Positions 28,587 to 37,749 of a stretch of 64,000 bases of DNA are shown here, one piece after another. The stretch spans positions 539-64,538 of the forward strand of contig WRAX01000011.1 of NCBI GenBank assembly GCA_009779935.1, given 5' to 3'. Within the stretch, counting starts at the first letter, position 1. Each line of letters begins with the position of its first letter. This DNA is from Defluviitaleaceae bacterium. GTDB taxonomy: Bacteria; Bacillota; Clostridia; Lachnospirales; WRAX01. The notes under the pieces are model-generated. The model saw nothing but the letters and a program-made list of their open reading frames with translations, did not search any database and was not told the DNA's origin. Both the position numbers and the translations under genes were made by a program.

Positions 28587-31007
28587 ATGTGCAAAAAAGA
28601 TTTTAAGGAAAAATTTGTTAAAAATTTAAGAAACCTAAGCCGCAAAACGGTGGAAGGGGCAACCACAGGGCAGCTATATGATGCCCTTGCCGCCACTGTG
28701 CAGGATTTGCTTATGGATAAGTGGATAGCCACACACGAAGCCTATAATAAACAAGATGCCAAAATTGTCCACTATCTTTCCATGGAATTTTTGATGGGGC
28801 GGTTTTTGGGCAATGCGCTTATTAATTTATCCCTAAACGGTGTGGTGCAGGAAGTTTTTGAGGAATGGGGGCTGTGCCTTAATGCCGTGGAAGATGTGGA
28901 ACGGGACCCCGGCCTTGGTAATGGTGGCCTTGGCCGCTTAGCGGCTTGTTTTTTGGATTCCCTTTCAACACTTTCGCTGCCTGCCTACGGTTGCGGCATA
29001 CGCTATCGTTATGGTATTTTTGAGCAGGGCATTGAGGATGGCTATCAAGTAGAGCGGCCCGATAATTGGCTGGATAAGGGCGATGCCTGGGGCATTTTGC
29101 GCCGGGATTATGCAGTGGAGGTCAAATTTGGCGGCACAGTGTCCGCTGTTAAAAATGGGGATGGCAGTTACAGCTTTGTGCAGGAAAACACACAAAATGT
29201 ATTGGCAATTCCATATGACTATCCTATCCCCGGCTATGGTACGGATACGGTAAACACCCTGCGCCTGTGGGAGGCGGAGGCCATTAATCAATTTAACCTT
29301 TCCCATTTTAACCGTGGCGAATACAGCAAAGCAGTGGAGGAGCAAAGCTTGGCAAGAAGCCTTTCCAAGGTGCTATACCCCGCTGATGATACAATGGCTG
29401 GTAAAGAATTGCGCCTGCGCCAACAATACTTCTTTATTTCGGCAACCTTGCAGCGCATTATCACCCGCTTTTTGGAAACACATAGCGACCTGACCAAATT
29501 ACCTGAAAAAGTGGTGTTACAGCTAAACGACACGCACCCATCTGTTGCTGTGGCGGAGCTTATGCGCATATTAGTGGACGAACACGGCATACCATGGGAT
29601 GTGGCATGGGATATTACAAAAAACACCTGCGCCTACACCAACCACACCATAATGGCAGAAGCGTTGGAAAAATGGCCAACCGAGCTGTTTTCCCGCATAT
29701 TGCCACGTATTTATATGATTGTTGAAGAGATAAACCGCCGTTTTTGTGCCCAGTTAACCGAATGGTTTGGGCATGACCCCCATAAGCTACGCCAAATGGC
29801 CATTATTGCAGACGGGTATGTGCATATGGCGCATCTGGCAATTGTTGGTAGTTTTTCCGTCAACGGGGTGGCGGCAATACACACACATATACTAAAAACA
29901 GCGGAATTAAAGGATTTTTATGGGATTTACCCAAATAAGTTTAACAACAAAACCAATGGCATAACCCAAAGGCGCTGGCTTGCTCATTGCAACCCCCAAT
30001 TGGCAGGGCTTATAACGGACGCCATTGGGGATGGCTGGATAAAAGACTTGGACCAACTGCAAAAGCTTGTCCCATATGCCACAGACCATGCTTTTGCCCA
30101 AAAATTTATGGAAATAAAGCTGGGCAACAAAGTTGCCCTTGCAAACCATATCCGCCACACCACAGGGCATAAAATTGACCCCCACTCTATTTTTGACATA
30201 CAAATTAAGCGTTTGCATGAGTATAAACGCCAGCTAATGAATATTTTACAGGTTCTTGCCATATACAACAGGCTAAAAACCCAGCCCTGGCTGGAAATGC
30301 CCCCACGCACCTTTATTTTTGGCGCAAAGGCCGCCGCAGGCTATCACCGTGCAAAGCTTATTATCAAGCTAATAAACGCTGTTGCGGATTTGGTTAATAA
30401 TGACCCTGCCGTAAGCGATAAGTTAAAAGTGATATTCATGGAAAACTACCGTGTTAGCCTTGCAGAGCGGCTTATACCCGCCGCAGATGTTAGCCAGCAA
30501 ATTTCCACAGCAGGTAAGGAGGCCAGCGGCACGGGTAATATGAAATTTATGCTAAACGGCGCAATCACCCTTGGCACAATGGATGGGGCTAATGTGGAGA
30601 TTTTTGAGGAAGTGGGTGAAGAAAATATTGTAATCTTCGGCATGTCCGCAAGCGAAGTAGCAAATTTAGCCCGCAGCGGCACTTACAACCCTTGGGATGT
30701 GTATAATGCAGAATCCACTGTGCAGCAGGTGCTTAATATGCTAATAAATGGCATGTTGGATGACGATCACGACCGTTTTCGGGAGATTTATGAAGCCCTG
30801 CTAAATGGATGGCACGGGCAACGCCCCGATGAATATTTTGTATTGCAAGATTTTGCAAGCTACACCCACGCCCAGGACCGCATAGGTGCGCTTTACAGCG
30901 ACAAAGCAAATTGGGCTAAGATGGCAATTACCAATGTGGCAAAAAGCGGCAAATTTTCCAGCGACCGCACTATACAACAATATGCCAATGAAATTTGGAA
31001 GCTGTAA
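28587..31007 (+). CDS. glgP: Glycogen/alpha-glucan phosphorylase
   Basis: Contains GLGNGGLGRLAACFLDS, the PLP region EASGTGNMKFMLNGA, and is 806 aa long. Confidence 0.96.
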   Translation: MCKKDFKEKFVKNLRNLSRKTVEGATTGQLYDALAATVQDLLMDKWIATHEAYNKQDAKIVHYLSMEFLMGRFLGNALINLSLNGVVQEVFEEWGLCLNAVEDVERDPGLGNGGLGRLAACFLDSLSTLSLPAYGCGIRYRYGIFEQGIEDGYQVERPDNWLDKGDAWGILRRDYAVEVKFGGTVSAVKNGDGSYSFVQENTQNVLAIPYDYPIPGYGTDTVNTLRLWEAEAINQFNLSHFNRGEYSKAVEEQSLARSLSKVLYPADDTMAGKELRLRQQYFFISATLQRIITRFLETHSDLTKLPEKVVLQLNDTHPSVAVAELMRILVDEHGIPWDVAWDITKNTCAYTNHTIMAEALEKWPTELFSRILPRIYMIVEEINRRFCAQLTEWFGHDPHKLRQMAIIADGYVHMAHLAIVGSFSVNGVAAIHTHILKTAELKDFYGIYPNKFNNKTNGITQRRWLAHCNPQLAGLITDAIGDGWIKDLDQLQKLVPYATDHAFAQKFMEIKLGNKVALANHIRHTTGHKIDPHSIFDIQIKRLHEYKRQLMNILQVLAIYNRLKTQPWLEMPPRTFIFGAKAAAGYHRAKLIIKLINAVADLVNNDPAVSDKLKVIFMENYRVSLAERLIPAADVSQQISTAGKEASGTGNMKFMLNGAITLGTMDGANVEIFEEVGEENIVIFGMSASEVANLARSGTYNPWDVYNAESTVQQVLNMLINGMLDDDHDRFREIYEALLNGWHGQRPDEYFVLQDFASYTHAQDRIGALYSDKANWAKMAITNVAKSGKFSSDRTIQQYANEIWKL

Positions 31008-31047
31008 CGGATAAAGATTTAACTTAGATAGGGAGGTGCAAAATCCC

Positions 31048-32326
31048 GTGGATGAATATGCTAAGCTGATTAACGACCTGATAAACCTGCCCCGGGAAAC
31101 AGAAGTGGTGGAGTTTAAGCAGAACCACAGCAAACCCGAAGACATAGGTGAATACATTAGCGCATTGGCTAATTCCGCTTTAAGCCAACCCTACTCATAT
31201 ATATAAAGCGATAGGTGGTGCCGTGAGGTGTCCAAAATATCGGCTATACAGCGAACGCACCTCGAAACAGTGGGTAGCCATAGACAGAAATTGCAAAAAT
31301 ATCCAACCTTGGAAAAAGAACTATGGAGCAAGCTAGGATGCCTCCAATTACGAAACCGGCCTTGCAAAAACCTACCTGCAAGGCCACGAGGTTTTGTCTT
31401 TGCTGGATTATGTGAAGTATTTTGAGCTAACAAATATACCAATACCCACAGATGATGATGCTATTTTACACTATTTGATAGAAGACAAGCTTGTTGCGGA
31501 GCGGGGAGGATTTTTGTATGACATTACCAACCTTGGTGCTATTTCATTTGCAAGAAGATTAACATCTTTTAATGGCGTTTCCAGAAAAAGCCTTCGTGTA
31601 ATTCGATATGAAGGCACCAACAAGCTTAAAACCATAAGAGAAGATATTGGCAACAAGGGATATGCAGCAGGCTTTAAGGGTCTTTTAGGGTATATTGATA
31701 ACATGTTGCTAAAAGAGGAAATATCAGGGGCTTTGCGAAAAAATGTGTCTGCTTACCCAAAAATTGCACTTCGTGAGCTTGTTGCAAATGCAATAATCCA
31801 TCAAGATTTTTCGATAGGCGGAACAGGTCCAATGGTTGAAATTTTTGATAATCGCATAGAAATTACCAACCCCGGCAAACCCCTTGTAGATTTTATGCGC
31901 ATTATAGATAACCCCCCACGTTCCAGAAACGACCATCTCGCATCGTTGATGAGAAGACTTGGTATATGTGAAGAACGTGGCAGTGGTTGGGACAAAATTG
32001 CAATAAGTTGCGAAGTGAAGCAATTGCCTGCCCCCAAGATTGATACTTATGATGAGCATACCAAAGTCACCATTTATTCCCACTTGGACTTTGGTGCAAT
32101 TGATGAAAAGGGAAAACTTTGGAGTTGCTACATGCACGCTTATATAAAACACACCCACCATGAGCGCATGACAAACACATCTTTGCGTGAGAGGTTTGGC
32201 GTTTCTAAAGACAAGCAACCTGATATTGCACGACTTATCAAAAGGACTATGGATAAGGGATGGATAAAACCCTTTGACCCAAACACAGCCCCAAGACATT
32301 TTAGCTATGTGCCATTTTGGGCGTAA
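31048..32326 (+). pseudogene. Decayed AlbA_2 (Schlafen-type) / HATPase_c_4 ATP-binding protein gene
   Basis: The N-terminal fragment ETEVVEFKQNHSKPEDIGEYISALANSA stops at a TAA (31204-31206). The next frame still reads VGSHRQKLQKYPTLEKELWSKL. A further frameshift joins DASNYETGLAK...LLDYVKYFEL to the intact C-terminal 310 aa ORF. Confidence 0.7.
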
Positions 32327-32452
32327 TTTTAACATACGTTAACATGCAAAACAGCGAGCCTGCGCCTATAAATTGGCGCAATTACTGCCTTGTTTAACAT
32401 GTTGGTAACATGTAAAATTAAATTTTTATGAAGACAAGGAGAGTGAGTCCCT

Positions 32453-33175
32453 GTGGATAGATATAAAGCCATTAAAATTGTTGGTGATGAAATTTTGAAG
32501 GATGGACTGGTGGAGGCTCTATTCTTGAAAGGCTCCATCGCCCGTGGGGTTGATGATGATTATTCTGATGTGGACATGTACGCAGCCGTAACCCCCGAAA
32601 ATCGTGAGGAATTTTTGGGAAATCGTATCCAATATATGGAAAAATATCTGCCCATGATTTATTATACAGAATCCAATTTTGTGGGCCCGCAAATTGTGGG
32701 TGTTTTTGAAGATTTGCTGCATTTTGACCTTTACACAGTGGATGCGGACAATATCCCCCAAACTGACAATATTAAGGTGATTTATGATAAGGCCGGCATT
32801 TTGGCAACATACACCCCTGCCCCACTGGGATATTCGGATAACCAGCTGGCGAAAATGGTGGACAGCTTCGCATTTACCATGCTGGAATACTACATTGCCC
32901 ATTCCCGTGGTGATGCAGTTTGGGCGGCACGCCTGTTTAGCCACCAGGCGGCAGTTGTGGGTGTTGTTGCCCGCCATGTTTATGACAAGGACACGGCACA
33001 GCTTGGGCTAAAAGGGCTGGGTAAAATACTGCCGCCCGGGCTGTATCAAAAGCTGCAAGCAGCGCAGAATATGGCAACATTAGCAAAATTGTTGGATGAA
33101 TTGGTTCCAAATGAAATACGTATTAACACCAATCAAAAATTTTTCCAAAAAATGTTAGAAGAGGTGGGCAAATGA
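32453..33175 (+). CDS. Nucleotidyltransferase-fold protein (Lnu/ANT-like architecture)
   Basis: Has the GS-x-xRG...DDYSDVDMY NTase motif followed by a helical C-terminal domain. It has a GTG start and a 4 nt overlap with the next gene. Confidence 0.65.
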   Translation: MDRYKAIKIVGDEILKDGLVEALFLKGSIARGVDDDYSDVDMYAAVTPENREEFLGNRIQYMEKYLPMIYYTESNFVGPQIVGVFEDLLHFDLYTVDADNIPQTDNIKVIYDKAGILATYTPAPLGYSDNQLAKMVDSFAFTMLEYYIAHSRGDAVWAARLFSHQAAVVGVVARHVYDKDTAQLGLKGLGKILPPGLYQKLQAAQNMATLAKLLDELVPNEIRINTNQKFFQKMLEEVGK

Positions 33176-33672
33176 ACTTTGCAATAAGAAGCGCAACTAC
33201 CGCAGATGTGCCGTTAATACTTGCGTTTATTAAGGAGCTTGCAGTATACGAAAAAATGTTGGATGAGGTTGTTGCAACTGAAGAGCTGCTAAAAGAGTGG
33301 ATTTTTGAAAAGGATAAAGCTGAGGTTATAATTGGCGAAGCAGGCGGAAAACCCGTGGGTTTTGCCCTGTTCTTCCACAACTTTTCCACATTTGTGGGGC
33401 GTGGCGGCATTTATTTGGAGGATTTGTACATACAGCCCGAATATAGGGGCAAGGGATATGGCAAAGCCATGCTTATCCACCTTGCCCAAATTGCAGTTAA
33501 GCGGGGTTGCGGGCGTATGGAATGGTCCTGTTTGGACTGGAACACACCCAGCATTGATTTTTACCTGTCCCTTGGAGCCAGACCCATGGTTGGCTGGACA
33601 GTATACCGCTTGGCAGGTGACACCCTTGCTGCAGTGGCTGATAATGCTACACCCCGCCAACCCGCTGGATAA
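33172..33672 (+). CDS. GNAT N-acetyltransferase (diamine/spermidine acetyltransferase-like)
   Basis: YIQPEYRGKGYGKAMLIHLAQIA is the acetyl-CoA binding motif. Confidence 0.85.
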   Translation: MNFAIRSATTADVPLILAFIKELAVYEKMLDEVVATEELLKEWIFEKDKAEVIIGEAGGKPVGFALFFHNFSTFVGRGGIYLEDLYIQPEYRGKGYGKAMLIHLAQIAVKRGCGRMEWSCLDWNTPSIDFYLSLGARPMVGWTVYRLAGDTLAAVADNATPRQPAG

Positions 33673-34171
33673 TTTTAATATTACGCAAGGCAAAACCGCC
33701 TGCATAACCAATTAACATACCCGTTACCACACCTGCAATAATCATCACAGGGGCATAGTAAAACAAGCCTGCGTTTTGCACCAAAACCGCACCAATGGCA
33801 ATTTGCGCCACATTATGGAAAACACCGCCAAAAACGCTAACACCAACCACCCCAAATATATTAAGGTGCTTAACACCAACCATTACTGCAAAGCTTACAA
33901 GCCCGCCTGCAAGGCTGTATGCAAAACTAAATGGGTTGCCAAAAAGCAGTGCAATTACCCCAATGCGTAACACAGCAATGGCAAAGGCGGCACGCACGCC
34001 AAAGGCGTACAATGCCATAACCACCACAATATTGGCAAGCCCCAGCTTTACAAAAGGGATGGGTATGGGCGGCGGGAAAAGCCGCTCCAAATAAGCCATA
34101 ATAATGGCAAGTGCGCCAAAAACGCCGTACATTGCAATGCGTTTTGCAATATCTTTTTTTTGCATTATCAC
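33647..34171 (-). CDS. Gx transporter family membrane protein (heptaprenyl diphosphate synthase component I-like)
   Basis: A multi-TM protein with N-terminus IAMYGVFGALAIIMAYLERLFPPPIP typical of this family. Confidence 0.7.
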   Translation of the reverse strand: MIMQKKDIAKRIAMYGVFGALAIIMAYLERLFPPPIPIPFVKLGLANIVVVMALYAFGVRAAFAIAVLRIGVIALLFGNPFSFAYSLAGGLVSFAVMVGVKHLNIFGVVGVSVFGGVFHNVAQIAIGAVLVQNAGLFYYAPVMIIAGVVTGMLIGYAGGFALRNIKIIQRVGGV

Positions 34172-34177
34172 ACCTCC

Positions 34178-34576
34178 TTACGGTAAGGTCATTACATCAA
34201 TTTCCGGGTGGTGAAAGTTAGCATCTTCGGCTTGCAACATCACAACAATACGGTTTGGCAAGCAAATTATTCGCTGGAAGGTGTTGGTAAGAGCCGGCCA
34301 ACGCACACAATCGCCCCCGTGGCAGTCTGCACGGGTCATGCTAACCCGCCCACCTTCCACCGAAATCACATTTTCGCCTAATATTGTGGCGATGGTATGG
34401 CTTTGCCCCTCCAATTCTTCCAACGAAAGGTTATAAACTTCCTCCCCATCTGCTATTACGATAATGCGTGCACCGTCGGTTGTGTTGCCCGTAAAGAAAA
34501 TAAAAAGCAGGGCAACCGCCAATAATAAAAAGGTAGCAATTGCTACTATATCAGGTTTTTGCAAAATTTTTATCAC
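34178..34576 (-). CDS. NusG domain II-containing membrane protein
   Basis: A TM anchor followed by GGRVSMTRADCHGGDCV...ICLPNRIVV (NusG_II-like). A GTG start follows a GAGGTGA RBS. Confidence 0.65.
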   Translation of the reverse strand: MIKILQKPDIVAIATFLLLAVALLFIFFTGNTTDGARIIVIADGEEVYNLSLEELEGQSHTIATILGENVISVEGGRVSMTRADCHGGDCVRWPALTNTFQRIICLPNRIVVMLQAEDANFHHPEIDVMTLP

Positions 34577-34626
34577 ATTATCACCTCGCAAGAAGTCTAT
34601 TATAGCACAAACCACGGGGGTTGTAT

Positions 34627-35394
34627 ATGAAAAAATTTTTTGTATTTTTGAAAGGGCTGTTAAGGGAAGCCAAGGCCAATGAAATAACTGTATTGGCAAC
34701 TAAGCTAACCTACCATCTAATTTTTGCCTTATTCCCATTTCTGGTCTTCCTTATCAGCTTGGTGGGTTTTTTTAATATCCACCCGGATTATTTAATGATG
34801 GAAGTTTCCGCCATACTGCCCACCCAAATTGCGGAAATGGTAAATTTAGTGATAAATGATGTGGTGGATACACGCAACCCCAGCATATTAACCACCAGCC
34901 TAATTATCGCTGTTTATACTGTTGCAAACGGTTTTCGCTCCATCATGCGGGGCATAAACCGTGTGTACAGACAGGAGGATGGGCGGCATAATGTTAAAAA
35001 ATGGGCTTTGTGCCTGCTTTTGGTGTTAATACTTTCGGCCGCCATAATCTCCTCACTTATAACTATTATTTTTGGGGTTATGGGCCTGGCTATTGCTGCT
35101 GCCATCCTGCTTTTTGCCATTGTTTTAATTTACCGCCTGTCATCCAGCGTTAAGCATCCGTTTTTATCCATGCTGCCGGGGTCGGTGCTTACTATGGTGG
35201 TTTGGGGCATTTCTTCGTGGGGTTTTAGCCTTTACATCACCAATTTCTCCAACCATTCTCTTATTTATGGGCCAATTACCAGTATTATTTTAACCATGTT
35301 GTGGCTTAACATCATTTCAATCACAATTTTGTTTGGGGCACAGTTAAATGCCCAAATTATGGGCTTTATGGACAAATTTTCAAAAAAAGCTTGA
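34627..35394 (+). CDS. YihY/BrkB-family membrane protein
   Basis: LATKLTYHLIFALFPFLVFL and a C-terminal FGAQLNA motif, with six TM segments. Confidence 0.85.
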   Translation: MKKFFVFLKGLLREAKANEITVLATKLTYHLIFALFPFLVFLISLVGFFNIHPDYLMMEVSAILPTQIAEMVNLVINDVVDTRNPSILTTSLIIAVYTVANGFRSIMRGINRVYRQEDGRHNVKKWALCLLLVLILSAAIISSLITIIFGVMGLAIAAAILLFAIVLIYRLSSSVKHPFLSMLPGSVLTMVVWGISSWGFSLYITNFSNHSLIYGPITSIILTMLWLNIISITILFGAQLNAQIMGFMDKFSKKA

Positions 35395-35419
35395 CAACTT
35401 GTTACAAATGTGTTAAGAT
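35391..35419 (+). promoter_or_regulatory. Sigma-A type promoter for the G5/3D gene
   Basis: TTGACA, a 17 nt spacer, then TAAGAT preceded by TGT (extended -10). Confidence 0.55.
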
Positions 35420-35639
35420 GTGAATAAGTTGTTAATAAGGGGCTGGCTGGATGCTGAGCTATGCCCTTTAAGTTTGCCAAATTTTAACCATATGCGGCTG
35501 AAATGGGTATAAAATTGGTAATACATGACTAAGATGTAAAATATAGCCAAATAATTATGAAATTTACAGTCATAATTATTACAAATGTTTTAAGGCATAT
35601 TTTGCGCCACCCCCGCAGGGGTGTTAAGGAGGAAATGAA

Positions 35640-36683
35640 ATGCAAAAATTAAAAGCAAAATTTAGAAAATTTCATATGGTGGTTGCGGTGGCTTTAATTG
35701 CTGTAACTGTGTTTTTAACAGGCGGGGATGTTTTTGAAGGCGCAACCTTCGGCGTTTTGCTAATTGATGGTGGTTTTGCCCAAAATGTGTACACCAGCCA
35801 AACCACCGTGGGAGAGTTTTTGGATGAATTGGAAATAGAGCTGCACCAGTTTGACAGGGTTTCTCTACCATGGCACAGCGAAATCCATCGTGGCACAGTG
35901 CTGGTTATCGACCGTGCCATACCCGTAAACATTATAATTGATGGCAATGGGGAAGTTATCCCCTTCTACGCCCGCCCCGATGCGGGCCTTGCAACCCTTG
36001 TATCCGACTTTCGCAGGGTGCACCGTGGCCACTTCCTATTTGACAGGGAAAATACCCAACAAGGCTTTGAGGCCGGCGAAACCATTAATCTGCAATCGGT
36101 GGTATGGCAAACCACAGCAGAAGATTATATAATACCTTTTACAAGAGAATATGTAGAAACTTTTACCCTACCCGTTGGCGAAGAAGCAGTTTATCGTTAT
36201 GGCGCAGCAGGCACAAGGCGCATCACCTATCTTGTTGAATATGTAAGCGGGCAAGAAAGCAGCAGAGATGCCCTATATAGCGCAATTGTTGCCCAGCCAC
36301 TTACAGAAATTGTTAATGTGGGTGTGCCGTTGCCGGAAGGCATGGGCGTATCTGCCTGTGGGGAAGCATTCAGTTACAGCCGCTTGATGCTGATGGAATC
36401 CACCGCATATACCCTTAGCGTGTCCTGCACAGGGCGCACCCCGGACCATCCCCATTGGGGCAGAACCGCCAGCGGAATGATGGCGGCAGTGGGCATTGTT
36501 GCTGTGGACACTAATGTGATACCCTTCCACACCCGCATGTATATTGAAGGTTACGGATTTGCCGTAGCCGGTGACCGTGGCGGGGCAATACGTGGCTATA
36601 AAATTGATGTTTTCTTTGACACCATGGCGGAAGCCCGCCAGTGGGGCAGAAGGCACGATGTGCGTGTTTGGATTTTGGAATAA
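35640..36683 (+). CDS. YabE-like cell-wall protein (DUF348, G5 and 3D domains)
   Basis: A TM anchor, a G5-like central region (RRITYLVEYVSGQE), and a C-terminal 3D domain (ESTAYT...GIVAVDTNVIPFHTRMYIEGYG...GGAIRGYKIDVFF). Confidence 0.85.
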   Translation: MQKLKAKFRKFHMVVAVALIAVTVFLTGGDVFEGATFGVLLIDGGFAQNVYTSQTTVGEFLDELEIELHQFDRVSLPWHSEIHRGTVLVIDRAIPVNIIIDGNGEVIPFYARPDAGLATLVSDFRRVHRGHFLFDRENTQQGFEAGETINLQSVVWQTTAEDYIIPFTREYVETFTLPVGEEAVYRYGAAGTRRITYLVEYVSGQESSRDALYSAIVAQPLTEIVNVGVPLPEGMGVSACGEAFSYSRLMLMESTAYTLSVSCTGRTPDHPHWGRTASGMMAAVGIVAVDTNVIPFHTRMYIEGYGFAVAGDRGGAIRGYKIDVFFDTMAEARQWGRRHDVRVWILE

Positions 36684-36700
36684 AGCTTTGAAAATATAAT

Positions 36701-36745
36701 AAAACACGAAAGGGCACAATCGGTAGCCCTTTCGTGTTTTTGTTG
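36701..36745 (+). terminator. Rho-independent terminator
   Basis: AAAACACGAAAGGGC-loop-GCCCTTTCGTGTTTT followed by TGTTG. Confidence 0.8.
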
Positions 36746-36781
36746 TAAAGAGTATAAATTTCCCCCACACTTATCACCTTG

Positions 36782-36883
36782 TAGCAATTCCATTCTCAAT
36801 CACGGAAAAGGATATTTTGAAAACGCACTGAAACCTGCGATTTTCAAAATATCCTTTTCCATGTTTCGAATTGGAATTGGTAT
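36782..36883. repeat. MITE-like palindromic repeat, copy A
   Basis: Its reverse complement differs from copy B (54761-54863) at about six positions. Internal arms GGAAAAGGATATTTTGAAAA and TTTTCAAAATATCCTTTTCC are perfectly complementary. Confidence 0.85.
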
Positions 36884-36990
36884 TGGCTGTCGGTTTCGCC
36901 TGCATACACAAGCCCATGCTGCCACAAAACTTGGTCGTAACCTTGCTTTATGCTCGGTGGCAGGGTTTCGCTTTACCTCCATTGACACAG

Positions 36991-37737
36991 TTATTTCGGT
37001 GTATAAACCCCGTGGTTGCCCCATTCCCATTGCCCGCCGCCTGCACCGATTTGGAAGTGTAGCTTAAAAATACCCAAATCGTAAGCGTTCATATATTCCG
37101 TAATATCGTTTACGCCTGCTGTAACTTTGCCATCCTTTAAGCGGAAGTGCACGGGCTGTTTTTTCATTGCAGACGGGGCTTTTTGTGCCGCCATAACCCC
37201 GTCAATAAACCATTGGGGCGGATCCACATCGCTTATATATAGTTCCTCCAAGGTTTTTTGGCGTATGTTAAGCAAACCACGCACAAACCTTTCTTTGGAA
37301 GTGGTTTGCTCGTTTACGTTTCCGATAACAATGGCAGATGCAATCTTTTCGCCGTCTTTCAGTGTAAAAGGCAGCTCTTCCACCTTTTTTGCGGCAAAAC
37401 TTACCCAGCAAGTGCCAAGCCCCATGGACACCGCTTCCAGCACCAAAAGTTCCCCGAAATAACCCAGCTTTTCCATGCCCAGCCAATCACCTTTACCACA
37501 TACCAGCCCGACAAAATTGTTTACACCTGACAGCATACCATAACTTCTTGTAAATCCGCTAAATGCCGCACCGCTGTCGGCGGCAAGCTCCATACGAAAG
37601 CCTCCGCCGCCCTCTGCAGTATATTTTGCAATAAGGCGTTCCAGATTTGCTATCTGATGGTTATTAAGATACCTGCCCCTGTATTGACGACGGGAACGCC
37701 GTGTTTTAAGGGCTTCCGAAAGTTTTGTCCAGTCCAC
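36991..37737 (-). CDS. Nitroreductase-family protein
   Basis: Contains TRRSRRQY at the N-terminus and the GLGTCWV motif. Confidence 0.8.
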   Translation of the reverse strand: MDWTKLSEALKTRRSRRQYRGRYLNNHQIANLERLIAKYTAEGGGGFRMELAADSGAAFSGFTRSYGMLSGVNNFVGLVCGKGDWLGMEKLGYFGELLVLEAVSMGLGTCWVSFAAKKVEELPFTLKDGEKIASAIVIGNVNEQTTSKERFVRGLLNIRQKTLEELYISDVDPPQWFIDGVMAAQKAPSAMKKQPVHFRLKDGKVTAGVNDITEYMNAYDLGIFKLHFQIGAGGGQWEWGNHGVYTPK

Positions 37738-37749
37738 TGTTGCACCTCC

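Noticed and set aside
31207-31393. I first read this roughly 190 bp segment between the two AlbA_2 gene fragments as a foreign insertion or structured ncRNA. It has local hairpins (GAGGTG...CACCTC and GGCCTTGCA...TGCAAGGCC) and shares the 11-mer AGCGAACGCAC with the hairpin at 9277.
   Set aside because: Translation in shifted frames still gives family-typical sequence (VGSHRQKLQKYPTLEKELWSKL, then DASNYETGLAK...LLDYVKYF). The segment is therefore decayed coding sequence of the same gene, not an insert. The shared 11-mer is most likely chance.
35420-35639. I looked for a ydaO/c-di-AMP riboswitch upstream of the G5/3D cell-wall gene.
   Set aside because: The conserved cores I recall for that family (GGGGUGAAUC-like and CAGCUAACC-like segments) are absent, and the leader is AT-rich. 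A covariance-model search is still needed to be certain.
36800-37067. ORFs in the track overlap the MITE-like repeats: 36800-37030, 36861-37067 and 36871-37062, and likewise 54751-54954 and 54912-55097.
   Set aside because: They run through palindromic repeat sequence or lie antisense to the nitroreductase and spoIIIAE genes. They lack an RBS and have no protein-like composition.
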